NCBI GenBank assembly: GCA_049968315.1
Contig: JBMFRA010000006.1
Span: 647-64,646 of the forward strand
DNA: 64,000 nt
Reading direction: 5' to 3'
From: Acidobacteriota bacterium
GTDB taxonomy: Bacteria > Acidobacteriota > UBA4820 > DSQY01
Positions within the stretch are counted from its first letter, which is position 1. Every line of letters begins with the position of its first letter. The position numbers and the translations under genes are program-made. This document shows positions 15,377 through 24,996 of the stretch, one piece after another. Under the pieces are notes generated by a model. It was not told the origin of the DNA, made no database searches, and saw only the letters and a program-made list of their open reading frames with translations.

Positions 15377-16192
15377 TCACTTGCCCTGCACGCGGGCGCA
15401 GAGTTTGTCGTACTCCTCGCAGAATTCCGGGCGCTGGACCTGGTGGAGGATCCCCACCGGGTACTTGCCCGCCTTCTCCTCCGCCGTCATCTTGTCGGCG
15501 AGCTTCACGTTGTAGGTGAGGGCCTTGTAGCGGTCCATCATCTCCGAGGCGTCCCCCCACTTGTTCTGGCGCCCGAAGTACGTGGTGCACTGGGACCAGG
15601 CGTCCACCACGGAGAAGCCCTTATTCTGAAGGGCGGCGAGGAGGATCCGGTCCATGGCCACGGCGTCCAGGTCCAGGGCCCGGGCCACAAAGGTGGCCCC
15701 AGACCCCTGGGCCAGCGCGCAGACGTCGAAGGGCTGTTCGATGGCCCCGTAGGGGGCGGTGGTGCCCTGGGCGCCGGTGAAGGTGGTGGGGGAGGCCTGG
15801 CCGCCGGTCATGCCGTAGATGTTGTTGTTGAAGACCACCAGGGTGATCTCGATGTTGCGTCGGCAGGCGTGGATGAAGTGGTTGCCGCCGATGGCTACGG
15901 CGTCGCCGTCGCCAGAGACCACCACCACGTGGAGCTTGGGGTTGGCGAACTTCACGCCGGTGGCGAAGGCCAGGGCCCGCCCGTGGGTGGTGTGGAGGGT
16001 GTTGAAGTCCAGGTAGCCCGGCGTCCGGCTGGAGCAGCCGATGCCCGACACCACCACCACGTCGTCCTTGTTCCACTTGAGCTTGTCGATGGCCCGGAGG
16101 AGGGACTTCATGATGGTGCCGTGGCCGCAGCCGGGGCACCAGATGTGCGGCATCCGCTCCTTGCGGAGGTACTGGAAGTAGTCCATGGACAT
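15377..16192 (-). CDS. korB: 2-oxoglutarate:ferredoxin oxidoreductase beta subunit (TPP-binding)
   Basis: WCPGCGHGTI...VVSGIGCSSR...VVVSGDGDAVAIGGNHFIHACRRNIEITLVVFNNNIYGMTGGQ is a TPP-binding beta subunit. Confidence 0.9.
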   Translation of the reverse strand: MSMDYFQYLRKERMPHIWCPGCGHGTIMKSLLRAIDKLKWNKDDVVVVSGIGCSSRTPGYLDFNTLHTTHGRALAFATGVKFANPKLHVVVVSGDGDAVAIGGNHFIHACRRNIEITLVVFNNNIYGMTGGQASPTTFTGAQGTTAPYGAIEQPFDVCALAQGSGATFVARALDLDAVAMDRILLAALQNKGFSVVDAWSQCTTYFGRQNKWGDASEMMDRYKALTYNVKLADKMTAEEKAGKYPVGILHQVQRPEFCEEYDKLCARVQGK

Positions 16193-16195
16193 GGC

Positions 16196-17326
16196 TCAGC
16201 CTCCCACGATGGCCGACAGGATGCTCGCCGGCGTGATGGGTTCGCCGTTCACGAGGTTGACGCGGGCGATGGGGACGCCCTTGCCCAGGATGCGCTCCAC
16301 CTCGAGGACGTACTGCCCCAGGTTCATCTCCGGCACCACCACCTTCCGGGCGCTCCGGGCGGCGGCGGCCAGCTCCTCCTCCGGGACGGGGTAGAGGGTC
16401 ACGGGCCGGAAGAGGCCGGCCTTCACCCCCTTCTCCCGCGCCTCGTTCACCGCACGCTTGGCCGACCGGGCGGTGGAACCGTAGGCCACCACCAGGACCT
16501 CCGCGTCCTCGGTGCGGAAGTTCTCGTAGAGGAGGATCTCCTTCTTGTTTCGCTCCACCTTGTCCAGGAGGCGCCGGTGGAGGGACTCCATGTTGGCGGC
16601 GGTGAGGGAGGGAAAGCCCGTCTCGTCGTGGTCCAGCCCGGTGACGTGGTACCGGGCCCCTTCGCCGTAATTCATCCACGGGGGAACCAGGTCCTCCCCA
16701 GCGGCGTAGGGCTTGAAGGAGACCTGCTCCTGAGGCGACGGCCCCCGGGCCCAGACCTGCTCCACCGACTCGGGGACGGCGAGCTTCTCCCGCATGTGGG
16801 CCACGATCTCGTCCATGGCGAGGACCGTTGGGGTCCGCAGGCGCTCGGCGAAGTTGAAGCAGTGGACGGTGCACGCAAAGGCCTCGGGGACCGTGGAGGG
16901 GGAGAGGACCACCGCGGGGTGGTCGCCGTGGGTACCCCAGCGGCACTGCTGGACGTCGGACTGGGAAGGCCCCGTGGGGTTTCCGGTGGAGGGCCCGCCC
17001 CGCATCACGTTCACGAGGACGATGGGAACCTCCGCCATGGCGGCGTAGCCGAGGTTCTCCTGCATGAGGGAGAAGCCCGGCCCCGAGGTGGCGGTCATGG
17101 CCTTGAGCCCCGCCAGGCGCGCCCCGATGATGGCCCCGATGGAGGCGATCTCGTCCTCCATCTGGATGAACTTCCCCCCGATCTTGGGAAGGCGCCCCGA
17201 CATCTTCTCGGCGATCTCCGAGGAGGGGGAGATGGGGTACCCGGCGAAGAACCGGCACCCGGCGGCCACGGCGCCTTCGGCGCAGGCCTCGTTGCCGGAG
17301 AGGAATCTGACGTTCTCCGAAGCCAT
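16196..17326 (-). CDS. korA: 2-oxoglutarate:ferredoxin oxidoreductase alpha subunit
   Basis: LSGNEACAEGAVAAGCRFFAGYPISPSSEIAE...ASIGAIIGARLAGLKAMTATSGPGFSLMQENLGYAAMAEVPIVLVNVMRGGPSTG is an alpha-subunit signature. Confidence 0.9.
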   Translation of the reverse strand: MASENVRFLSGNEACAEGAVAAGCRFFAGYPISPSSEIAEKMSGRLPKIGGKFIQMEDEIASIGAIIGARLAGLKAMTATSGPGFSLMQENLGYAAMAEVPIVLVNVMRGGPSTGNPTGPSQSDVQQCRWGTHGDHPAVVLSPSTVPEAFACTVHCFNFAERLRTPTVLAMDEIVAHMREKLAVPESVEQVWARGPSPQEQVSFKPYAAGEDLVPPWMNYGEGARYHVTGLDHDETGFPSLTAANMESLHRRLLDKVERNKKEILLYENFRTEDAEVLVVAYGSTARSAKRAVNEAREKGVKAGLFRPVTLYPVPEEELAAAARSARKVVVPEMNLGQYVLEVERILGKGVPIARVNLVNGEPITPASILSAIVGG

Positions 17327-17336
17327 GGCTGTCCCC

Positions 17337-17648
17337 CTAGTCCACGAAAATGGCGAAGTCCGGGCAGCGGATCTCGCAGAGCATGCACTTGGTGCAGGCG
17401 TCGGCGTCCACCACCTCCACGTGGCGGAAGCCCATGGCCAGGACCTTCTCCGGGCAGTAGTTCACGCAGATGTTGCAGAGGTTCCCCTTGCAGTGGGAGG
17501 GAATCACGGTGATGGTGAGGTCCTTCTTCACCTTCCGGCCGTGGCCCGAGACGGCGAACTTGTCCTTCTGGACCTCCTTGAGCCGCGGCGAGCCCACGTC
17601 GCGGCCTTCCTGGAGTTCGCCGCTGGTCCGCTGAAGCGTCATCGGCAT
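17337..17648 (-). CDS. korD: 4Fe-4S ferredoxin-type delta subunit of the 2-oxoacid:ferredoxin oxidoreductase
   Basis: Two Cys clusters (CKGNLCNICVNYCP and CTKCMLCEIRCP) in a 103-aa protein directly upstream of korA. Confidence 0.8.
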   Translation of the reverse strand: MPMTLQRTSGELQEGRDVGSPRLKEVQKDKFAVSGHGRKVKKDLTITVIPSHCKGNLCNICVNYCPEKVLAMGFRHVEVVDADACTKCMLCEIRCPDFAIFVD

Positions 17649-17720
17649 CTTGTTCTCCCCGGCGGAGCCTTCGTTGCCCCGCCCAAAGCCGTGCGGGGGG
17701 CGACGCCCCCCGCCTTTTCG

Positions 17721-18602
17721 CTACCGTTTGCCCGATAGGGCGCGCACCATGGCCTCGCCGATTTCGGTGGGGCTCTTGACCACCACGGCCCCCGCCTCGG
17801 TGAGGGCCTTCATCTTCTCCGCCGCCGTGCCCTTGCCGCCGGCGATGATGGCCCCGGCGTGGCCCATGCGGCGGCCGGGGGGGGCCGTCTGGCCGGCGAT
17901 GAAGGCCACCACCGGCTTCTTCATGTGGGCCTTGATGTACGCCGCGGCCTCTTCCTCCGAGGTACCGCCGATCTCTCCGATGAGGACGACGCCCTCGGTG
18001 GCCGGGTCTTCGTTGAAGAGCTGGAGGGCCTCCACGTGGGAGGTCCCGGGGACGGGGTCCCCCCCGATGCCCACGCAGGTGCTCTCGCCCAGTCCCGTCT
18101 CCGTGAGCTGCCACACCGCCTCGTAGGTGAGGGTGCCCGAGCGGGAGATGACCCCCACGCGGCCGGGCTTGTGGATGTACCCGGGCATGATGCCCATCTT
18201 GCACTCGCCGGGGGTGATGACGCCGGGGCAGTTGGGGCCGATGAGGCGGGCCCCGGAGTTCCGGATGGCGGCCTTCATGCGGGCCTCGTCCCTGGCGGGG
18301 ATGCCCTCGGTGATGCAGACGATGACCTTCACGCCGGCGTCGGCGGCCTCCAGGACGGCGTCGGCGGCGAAGGCGGGCGGGACGAAGATGAGGGAGGCAT
18401 CGGCGCCGGTCTCCTTCACGGCGCCGGATACGGTGTCGAAGATGGGGACCTTCTCCTCCCAGCGGGTGCCGCCCTTGCCCGGCGTGACCCCGGCCACGAC
18501 CTTCGTTCCATACTCCAGGCACTGGCGGGCGTGGAAGGAGCCTTCCTTGCCGGTGATGCCCTGGACCACGACGCGGGTCTCCTTGTTGACCAGAATGCTC
18601 AT
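17721..18602 (-). CDS. sucD: Succinyl-CoA synthetase alpha subunit
   Basis: [45 protein letters not shown]...SRSGTLTYE...GIGGDP with the phospho-His loop MGHAGAII. Confidence 0.95.
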   Translation of the reverse strand: MSILVNKETRVVVQGITGKEGSFHARQCLEYGTKVVAGVTPGKGGTRWEEKVPIFDTVSGAVKETGADASLIFVPPAFAADAVLEAADAGVKVIVCITEGIPARDEARMKAAIRNSGARLIGPNCPGVITPGECKMGIMPGYIHKPGRVGVISRSGTLTYEAVWQLTETGLGESTCVGIGGDPVPGTSHVEALQLFNEDPATEGVVLIGEIGGTSEEEAAAYIKAHMKKPVVAFIAGQTAPPGRRMGHAGAIIAGGKGTAAEKMKALTEAGAVVVKSPTEIGEAMVRALSGKR

Positions 18603-18612
18603 GGGGCCCCCC

Positions 18613-19791
18613 TCACTTCACCGAGGCGACGGCCATCTGGGCCGCCTGCTTGAGGTTGTCGGCCACGGCGAACTTGAGGCCGGAGGCCGCCAGCATCGCC
18701 TTGCCCTTGTCCACGTTGGTCCCCTGGAGCCGCACCACCACCGGGAGGGAGACGCCGATCTCCTTGGCGGCGGCGATGACACCCTCGGCGATGACGTCGC
18801 AACGGACGATCCCGCCGAAGATGTTGATGAGGACCGCCTTCACGTTTTTGTCGCTCAGGAGGATCTTGAAGGCGTTCTTCACCCGCTCGGTGGTGGCCCC
18901 GCCGCCCACGTCCAGGAAGTTGGCCGGTTCCCCGCCCTCCAGCTTGATGACGTCCATGGTGGCCATGGCCAGACCGGCGCCGTTCACCATGCAGCCGATG
19001 TTCCCATCGAGCCGGATGTAGTTGAGGTCGTACTTGCTCGCCTCGATCTCCAGCGGCTCCTCTTCCGAGAGGTCCCGCATCTCCACGATGTCGGGGTGGC
19101 GGAAGAGGGCGTTGTCGTCGAAGTTCATCTTGGCGTCGAGGGCGAGGACGTGGCCGTCCTTGGTGAGGATGAGGGGGTTGATCTCCGTCAGGGTGGCGTC
19201 GGTCTCCTCGTGGGCCCTGTAGAGGGCCGTGACGAGCCTGACGCACTCCTTGAAGGCCTCCCCCTTGAAGCCCAGGCCGAAGGCGATCTGGCGGGCGTGG
19301 AAGGGCTGGATGCCCACCAGGGGGTCGATCCACGTCTTGAGGATCTTCTCCGGCGTCTCGGCGGCCACCTTCTCGATCTCCACCCCGCCCTCGGTGGAGG
19401 ACATGACGACGTTCATCTGGCGGGCCCGGTCCAGAACGATGCCCAGGTAGTACTCCTTGGCGATGTCGCTGGCCTCGGTGACGTAGACCTTCTGGACCTC
19501 CTTGCCCGCCGGCCCCGTCTGGTGCGTCACCAGGACGTTGCCGAGCATCTTCTTGGCGAACTCCGCGGCCTCGTCGGCGGTCTGGGCCAGCTTGACGCCG
19601 CCCTTGAAACCGTCGGTGAAGGTCCCTTTGCCCCGTCCGCCGGCGTGGATCTGGGCCTTGACCACGACGGTTCCGCCAATCTCCTTCGCCGCGGCGTAGG
19701 CCTGTTCGGCGGAAAGGGCCACCTTGCCGCGGGGCACGGCCACGCCGTACCGCCCCAGGATCTCCTTGGCTTGATACTCGTGAACTTTCAC
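18613..19791 (-). CDS. sucC: Succinyl-CoA synthetase beta subunit
   Basis: [22 protein letters not shown]...[16 protein letters not shown]...[22 protein letters not shown]...[11 protein letters not shown] is a canonical SucC. Confidence 0.95.
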   Translation of the reverse strand: MKVHEYQAKEILGRYGVAVPRGKVALSAEQAYAAAKEIGGTVVVKAQIHAGGRGKGTFTDGFKGGVKLAQTADEAAEFAKKMLGNVLVTHQTGPAGKEVQKVYVTEASDIAKEYYLGIVLDRARQMNVVMSSTEGGVEIEKVAAETPEKILKTWIDPLVGIQPFHARQIAFGLGFKGEAFKECVRLVTALYRAHEETDATLTEINPLILTKDGHVLALDAKMNFDDNALFRHPDIVEMRDLSEEEPLEIEASKYDLNYIRLDGNIGCMVNGAGLAMATMDVIKLEGGEPANFLDVGGGATTERVKNAFKILLSDKNVKAVLINIFGGIVRCDVIAEGVIAAAKEIGVSLPVVVRLQGTNVDKGKAMLAASGLKFAVADNLKQAAQMAVASVK

Positions 19792-19850
19792 GGTCGCACC
19801 CCTTTCTCAGACCGGATCTTCCCCATGGTCGTCCCCCCAAAAGGGGCCAA

Positions 19851-19879
19851 AGTATGGCACAGGGGGCCCTCCCTGTCAA
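19851..19879 (-). promoter_or_regulatory. Candidate sigma-70 promoter for the sucC-sucD-korDABC-ndk operon
   Basis: On the minus strand, TTGACA (complement of 19874-19879), a 17-nt spacer and CATACT (complement of 19851-19856) lie ~55 nt upstream of the sucC ATG at 19791. Confidence 0.4.
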
Positions 19880-20013
19880 CGAACGGAAGGCCCCGTCCCG
19901 CCACGGGAAAAGGGCGTTGCGGCTGGGGAGCCCCCCCGGCGGCCGTGCTCCGGAGGCGTCCCGCTCTCTCCTCCCAGAGCGGCACCCCGGGCATGGCCGC
20001 CGGGGAGCTTCTC

Positions 20014-20607
20014 CTACTCGACGGAGGGGAGGTACGCCTCCGCCAGGGCCTGGAGGGATTCCCAGATGTGGGAGACGTCGTTGGTGAGAAGAATGAGGTC
20101 CCGCTTGTTGCCCAGGATGTCCTTCACGTGGCCCTTGAGCACCGCCTCCTGCCGGAAGCCGATCTTCTCGAAGGCCTTCCGGGCGCCCACCTGCTGGTCG
20201 GTGACCTCCGCCACCAGCTTGTCCAGGCCCAGGTTCAGGGCGAGGCCCACCAGGGCCTTGGCCAGGGCCGCCCCCAGCCCCTTCTTCTGGTAGGGGCGGG
20301 CCACCACGGCGCGGATCTCCCCCACGTGCCGGGACCACCCGCCCCGCCGGTGGAGGGTGCCGTCGCCGATGACCTCCTCGCCTCGGAGGGCCAGGAGGGG
20401 GATCACTTGGTCGAAGTCCAGGTTCTTTACGAAGCGTTGGATGGTCTCCTCCCGGGTGACGTCCTCTTTGAGGAAGAGGCGGTCCTCCTCGGGGAGGCTC
20501 CGGAAGAAGGCCAGGAGCCGCGGGCCATCCTCGGCCGTCATGGGGCGGATGGTGACGGGGGTGCCGTCCTTCAGGACCACTTCCTGCGGAAACCCTTCGA
20601 GCGCCAT
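20014..20607 (-). CDS. GNAT-family N-acetyltransferase
   Basis: GNAT motifs A and B (ALRGEEVIGDGTL...VVARPYQKKGLGAALAKALVGLALNLGLDKLVAEV...NQQVGARKAFEKIGF). The start is trimmed to MALEGFPQEVV (ATG complement at 20605-20607). The upstream 46 codons of the listed ORF are Gly/Arg-rich. Confidence 0.75.
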   Translation of the reverse strand: MALEGFPQEVVLKDGTPVTIRPMTAEDGPRLLAFFRSLPEEDRLFLKEDVTREETIQRFVKNLDFDQVIPLLALRGEEVIGDGTLHRRGGWSRHVGEIRAVVARPYQKKGLGAALAKALVGLALNLGLDKLVAEVTDQQVGARKAFEKIGFRQEAVLKGHVKDILGNKRDLILLTNDVSHIWESLQALAEAYLPSVE

Positions 20608-20765
20608 GGCTCCCTCCTCGGCGTGGCCGGAGGCTCCCCGGCACCCCCCGGGCGCCGTGCCTCCGCGGAATCGTTGGCCCCATTGTAGCCAGAGGGCCAG
20701 CCCGCTGTCCAGGGGCTTTCCCCCGAAGGGAAAAGCGTGGTACACAGGACCCGGGAGGTCCCCCC

Positions 20766-23700
20766 ATGGAGGAAGCCCGGCTTCGCCATAGGCTGGCGGC
20801 CCTGCTTCCCCGGCCGGTCTGGCCCCTGGTGGCGGGGCGGGCCGAGGGGAGGCGCACGGAAGGGTGCGTCCTCTTCGCGGACCTGGCCGGCTTCACCGCC
20901 CTCACCGAGAGGCTCTCCGCCATCGGCCGGGAGGGCGCCGAGGAACTCACCCGAATCGTCAACCGGTTCTTCGAGGCCCAGATCACCGTGGTCCACCGCG
21001 CCGGCGGGGACGTCCTCCGCTTCGGCGGCGACGCCCTTACGGTCTTCTTTGAGAAGGGGGCGCGTCCGGCCCTGGAGGCGGCCCTGGCCATGCAGGCGGC
21101 GGCGGGGGCCTTCCACGAGGTGCCCACCCGGGCCGGGACCTTTTCCCTGGCCATGAAGATCGGCGCGGCGGAGGGCTCCGTCCTCTTGGGCTTGGTGGGA
21201 GATGAGGAGCGGGGGCGGGACTACTTCGCGGCGGGGAGGGCCCTGGACGACGCCGCGGAGGCGGAGCACCGGGCGGCCCGGGGGGAGGTGGTCCTCTCCC
21301 CCGCCCTGGCGGGGAGGGCCCGCTCCCTCGGCTTCGGCCTGGCGGAGGCCGGGGACGGCTTCGCCCGCCTGGAGGGCGGCGCAGGACCCCCGCCGGCCCC
21401 GGAGGCCACCCTCTCCCCGGAACCCCCGCCCCTGCTGGCCCTGGAGTCCTTCCTCCCGCCGTGGGCCGTGGAGAAGGCGCGCCTCAACGAGGGGCTGTGG
21501 GCCGCCGAACACCGGCGAACCACGGTCCTCTTCCTCTCCTATTCGGGCCTCGACTACGAGAACGACCCGAGGGTCCTGGACAAGGTGAGGGCCGTCTACG
21601 GGGAGATCGCCCGGGAGGTTCAGCGCCACGGCGGCTGGGTCAACAAGGTGGACATGGGGGACAAGGGCAGCAAGGCCATCGCCCTCTTCGGGGTCCCCCG
21701 GGCCCTGGAGGGGGCGGAGGAGGCGGCCTGCCGGGCGGCCCTCCGGATTCTGGAGAGCGGCGTTCTCCGGGAACTCTTGCCGGTGGTCCGCATCGGCATC
21801 GCCTCCGCCCCCCTTTTTGCGGGCTACGTGGGGTGCGAGGAACGGCGGGAGTTCACCGTCATGGGGGACGGGATCAACCTCTCCGCCCGGCTCATGGCCA
21901 ACGCCCACGCCTGGCGGGTCCTCTGCGACGGAGCCACCCGGGAGAAAGCGGAGGGGCGCCTCGCCTTCCGGACCCTGGACCCCATCTTCGTGAAGGGCAA
22001 GCGGGAGAAGGTCCCCATCCACCGTCCCGAGGGAGAGCGGGAGGAGGCGGAGGAGGCGGCCCGGGCCTTCGTCGGGCGGGAGGCCCTGCTGGACGCCCTT
22101 TTGCAGAACCTTACCGGGGCGGAGGGCCCGCCGGTCCTGGCCGTCACCGGCCCGCCGGGCGCCGGAAAGAGCGCCCTCCTCCACCGGCTGGGCCTCCGGC
22201 TGGAGGAGAGGGGGATCCGCCACTCCACCGTCCCCCTGGCGCCCCACAGCGCCCACGGCTACCTCTCGGCCTTCCGGCCGGTGCTCTTCTCCGCCCTGGG
22301 CGTCTCCCGCTCCGCCCCGGGGCCCATCCAGGAGGCGGCCCTGCGGGCGGCCCTCCTCCCCGAAGACCACCCATACCTCCCCCTCTTCGGCCCCGTCCTC
22401 TCCTTCGCCTTCCCGGAAACCCCCGAGACGGCGGCCCTTTCCCCCAAAGACCGGAAGGACATCCTCTTCGCCATGGCCCAGCGGATTCTGGAGGGCCTCG
22501 CCGCCGGAGGGAGGTACATCCTCTCCCTGGACGGGTTGGAGTGGGCCGACGCCGCTTCCCTGGAGTTCCTAGAGGCCTGGGCGCCCCAGCTTCTGGGCCG
22601 CGGCCTGAGGCTGGTCCTCTCCTTCCGGGAGGGGGCTGCCCCCCGGACGGCGGCCCTGGTGCCGGAGGGGGCCCACTTCAAGGTGGAGCCCTTCTCCGCC
22701 AAGGAAATCGGGGAGTTTCTGGTGCGTGCCGCCGGCGCCGCGCCGCCCCCCGAGGCTTTTGTCGCCTTCCTGCTCCGGAAGAGCGGCGGGAACCCGAAGT
22801 TCCTCGAGCAGATCCTCCGTGTCTTAGAGGAGCAGGGTCTCTTTCGGCCGGGCCCCTCGGGGCTCCTCGAGGTGGACGAGGACCGTCTTGCCGCCGCCCG
22901 GTTCCCCGACACCCTGGAGGGGATCCTCCTCTCCCGGGCCGACGGCCTCCCCGAAGGAGAACGGAGGCTCTTGAAGACGGCGGCGGTCCTGGGAACCTCC
23001 TTCTCCCTCAACCTCCTGGCCCGCCTCTCGGGGGAAGGTCCGGAGGCGGCGGCGGAGGGGGTCCGCTCCCTGGAGCGGAAGGGCTTCGTCCGGATGGATT
23101 CGTGGGGCCAGAGGCCCTACGCCATCTTCGCCGACCCCCTCCTGCGCGACGCCCTCTACGAATCGCTCACCTTCGAGGCCCGGCGGGGGCTGCACCGGCA
23201 GGCCGCCCGCTTCCTCGAGGCCGAAAGCGGCACCGACCGGCGCGTTTGGCCGGCCTTGGCCCGCCACTACGAGGCCGCCTCCGAGGCGGAACCGGCCCTT
23301 AGGTACCTGGGCCTCTGCGCCGAGGAGGCGCGGGCCCGCTACGACAACACGGCGGCCTTCGACTTCCTCTCGCGCCTGGTGGCCCTCAAGGAGGCCTCCG
23401 GAGCCCGTGCCGGGGACGACCCCGCCTACCGCCGCGCCCTTCTTCACCTGGCCGAATCGGCCAAGGAGCTGGGACGCCTCGAAGAGGCCGAAGCCCTGAG
23501 CCGCAAAATCCTCGAGAGCGTCTCCGAAGCCTGCGAGGAGACCGTCGTCTCCCTCATGCGCCTGGCGGACATCGAGCGAAGGAGGGGCAACCTGGACCGT
23601 TCCCTGGAGCTGGACGAGGAGGCCTTGGCCCGGTCCGCACCCCTCGCCGAACCGGTTTTGGAGAGCAGAATCCTCCTGGATTCAGGGGTTAGCCATGCCA

Positions 23701-24956
23701 TGGCCGGGCGCTTCGGCGAGGCCCTTTCCCGCTTCAAAGAGGCAGCGCACCTGGCGCGAAAAGCCGGTACCCCCACCTGGCAGGTCCTCGCCCTCATGAA
23801 CCAGGGGTTGTGCCAGCAGTACGGTTCGGCGGATTTGGAGTCCGCTCGCGCCACTCTCGGAAAGGCCTTGCGCCTCGCCCGGAGGTACGCCTTGAGGCCA
23901 CAGATGGTCAACCTGGCCATCAACCTGGCTCAGGTCCTGGCCGACATGGGCAAATTCGGGAGGGCTCTGGCCTTGGTGGAGGAACCCCTCTCCATTTCCA
24001 CCCAATTTGGGTACCGTACCATGTCCGCCTTTTTGATCTCCAACCGGGCGCTCTACCGGACCATGACCGGCCAGTGGGATTGGGCCGCGCAAGATGCAGA
24101 GCGGGGATACCAGCTCTGCAGGACGCACGGGATGGGCTTCTCCGAGGCGGCCACCCTCCATACCCGCGGGATCCTGCTGGCCGTGGAAGGCGCCTGGAAA
24201 GAGAGCGTGGATTGCCAGGTGAAGGCCCTGGAAAAATACTCCCTTCTCAAGAGTGAGCAAGGTGTTCGGGGTGCGGTCAGCGAACTCCTGATGGTGGAGA
24301 ATGCCCTGGGCCTGAAAAGCGGCCAACTGGGCTGGCAAGCCACCAGCGGAGTGGACCCGCGGGCGCTGTCGGAGGTCCCGGGACAGCACGGGCTGGCCAT
24401 CCGGGCCCAGCTTCTCCTGCGGCAGCGCCGCTCGGGCGAGGCGTCTCTGGCGGTTGCCTGGCAGAACATGGAGGAGATCCTGCAGGAGGCGTACCGGGCC
24501 AAGGTCCAGTGGCTCGTGGCCGAAGTGGGAGAACTCCTCCTGCGGCTTCTGTTGGAGGCTGGGAATGTGGAGGAGGCCTCCGTGGCGGGCCTAGCCGTCT
24601 ATCCCAAGGTGGTCCCGCAGAAGAGCCCCCTCAAGACCGGTGCCTTCCTCCTCACCTTCGGGGAGTGCCTCCTCGCCACGCAGCGCTGGCAGGCCCTCGG
24701 GGGGGTCCTTCGCCGCCTCCAGGCGTACGGAAAGGCCTTCGACCGAGGCCTGCTGGGATTGAGGTACCGGCTCCTGCGGGCCGAGGTTTCCGCGGGCGAA
24801 GGGCGGCTTCCATCGGCGCGGTACCACGCCCGGGCCGCCCGAAGGATCGCCGACGCCGTGGAGGCCCTCCAGCGGGACTCCCTCTTCCTGGAGGCCTACC
24901 GCAGGCTCCCCGAAATGGCTCGGCTCATGGCCCTGGAGGCCCGGCTGGGCCTCTGA
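20766..24956 (+). CDS. Large signalling ATPase: two class III nucleotidyl cyclase domains + AAA/STAND P-loop ATPase + TPR repeats
   Basis: Two cyclase-like blocks (CVLFADLAGFTALTERL...VLRFGGDALTVFF and TVLFLSYSGLDYEN...KVDMGDKGSKAIALFGVP...GYVGCEERREFTVMGDGINLSARL). Walker A LAVTGPPGAGKSALL. A long C-terminal TPR/alpha-solenoid region. No obvious HTH. Confidence 0.85.
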   Translation: MEEARLRHRLAALLPRPVWPLVAGRAEGRRTEGCVLFADLAGFTALTERLSAIGREGAEELTRIVNRFFEAQITVVHRAGGDVLRFGGDALTVFFEKGARPALEAALAMQAAAGAFHEVPTRAGTFSLAMKIGAAEGSVLLGLVGDEERGRDYFAAGRALDDAAEAEHRAARGEVVLSPALAGRARSLGFGLAEAGDGFARLEGGAGPPPAPEATLSPEPPPLLALESFLPPWAVEKARLNEGLWAAEHRRTTVLFLSYSGLDYENDPRVLDKVRAVYGEIAREVQRHGGWVNKVDMGDKGSKAIALFGVPRALEGAEEAACRAALRILESGVLRELLPVVRIGIASAPLFAGYVGCEERREFTVMGDGINLSARLMANAHAWRVLCDGATREKAEGRLAFRTLDPIFVKGKREKVPIHRPEGEREEAEEAARAFVGREALLDALLQNLTGAEGPPVLAVTGPPGAGKSALLHRLGLRLEERGIRHSTVPLAPHSAHGYLSAFRPVLFSALGVSRSAPGPIQEAALRAALLPEDHPYLPLFGPVLSFAFPETPETAALSPKDRKDILFAMAQRILEGLAAGGRYILSLDGLEWADAASLEFLEAWAPQLLGRGLRLVLSFREGAAPRTAALVPEGAHFKVEPFSAKEIGEFLVRAAGAAPPPEAFVAFLLRKSGGNPKFLEQILRVLEEQGLFRPGPSGLLEVDEDRLAAARFPDTLEGILLSRADGLPEGERRLLKTAAVLGTSFSLNLLARLSGEGPEAAAEGVRSLERKGFVRMDSWGQRPYAIFADPLLRDALYESLTFEARRGLHRQAARFLEAESGTDRRVWPALARHYEAASEAEPALRYLGLCAEEARARYDNTAAFDFLSRLVALKEASGARAGDDPAYRRALLHLAESAKELGRLEEAEALSRKILESVSEACEETVVSLMRLADIERRRGNLDRSLELDEEALARSAPLAEPVLESRILLDSGVSHAMAGRFGEALSRFKEAAHLARKAGTPTWQVLALMNQGLCQQYGSADLESARATLGKALRLARRYALRPQMVNLAINLAQVLADMGKFGRALALVEEPLSISTQFGYRTMSAFLISNRALYRTMTGQWDWAAQDAERGYQLCRTHGMGFSEAATLHTRGILLAVEGAWKESVDCQVKALEKYSLLKSEQGVRGAVSELLMVENALGLKSGQLGWQATSGVDPRALSEVPGQHGLAIRAQLLLRQRRSGEASLAVAWQNMEEILQEAYRAKVQWLVAEVGELLLRLLLEAGNVEEASVAGLAVYPKVVPQKSPLKTGAFLLTFGECLLATQRWQALGGVLRRLQAYGKAFDRGLLGLRYRLLRAEVSAGEGRLPSARYHARAARRIADAVEALQRDSLFLEAYRRLPEMARLMALEARLGL

Positions 24957-24996
24957 GGCCCCTGGCGGGGCCGCCCGCACGGCCGGGCTCCCTCTG

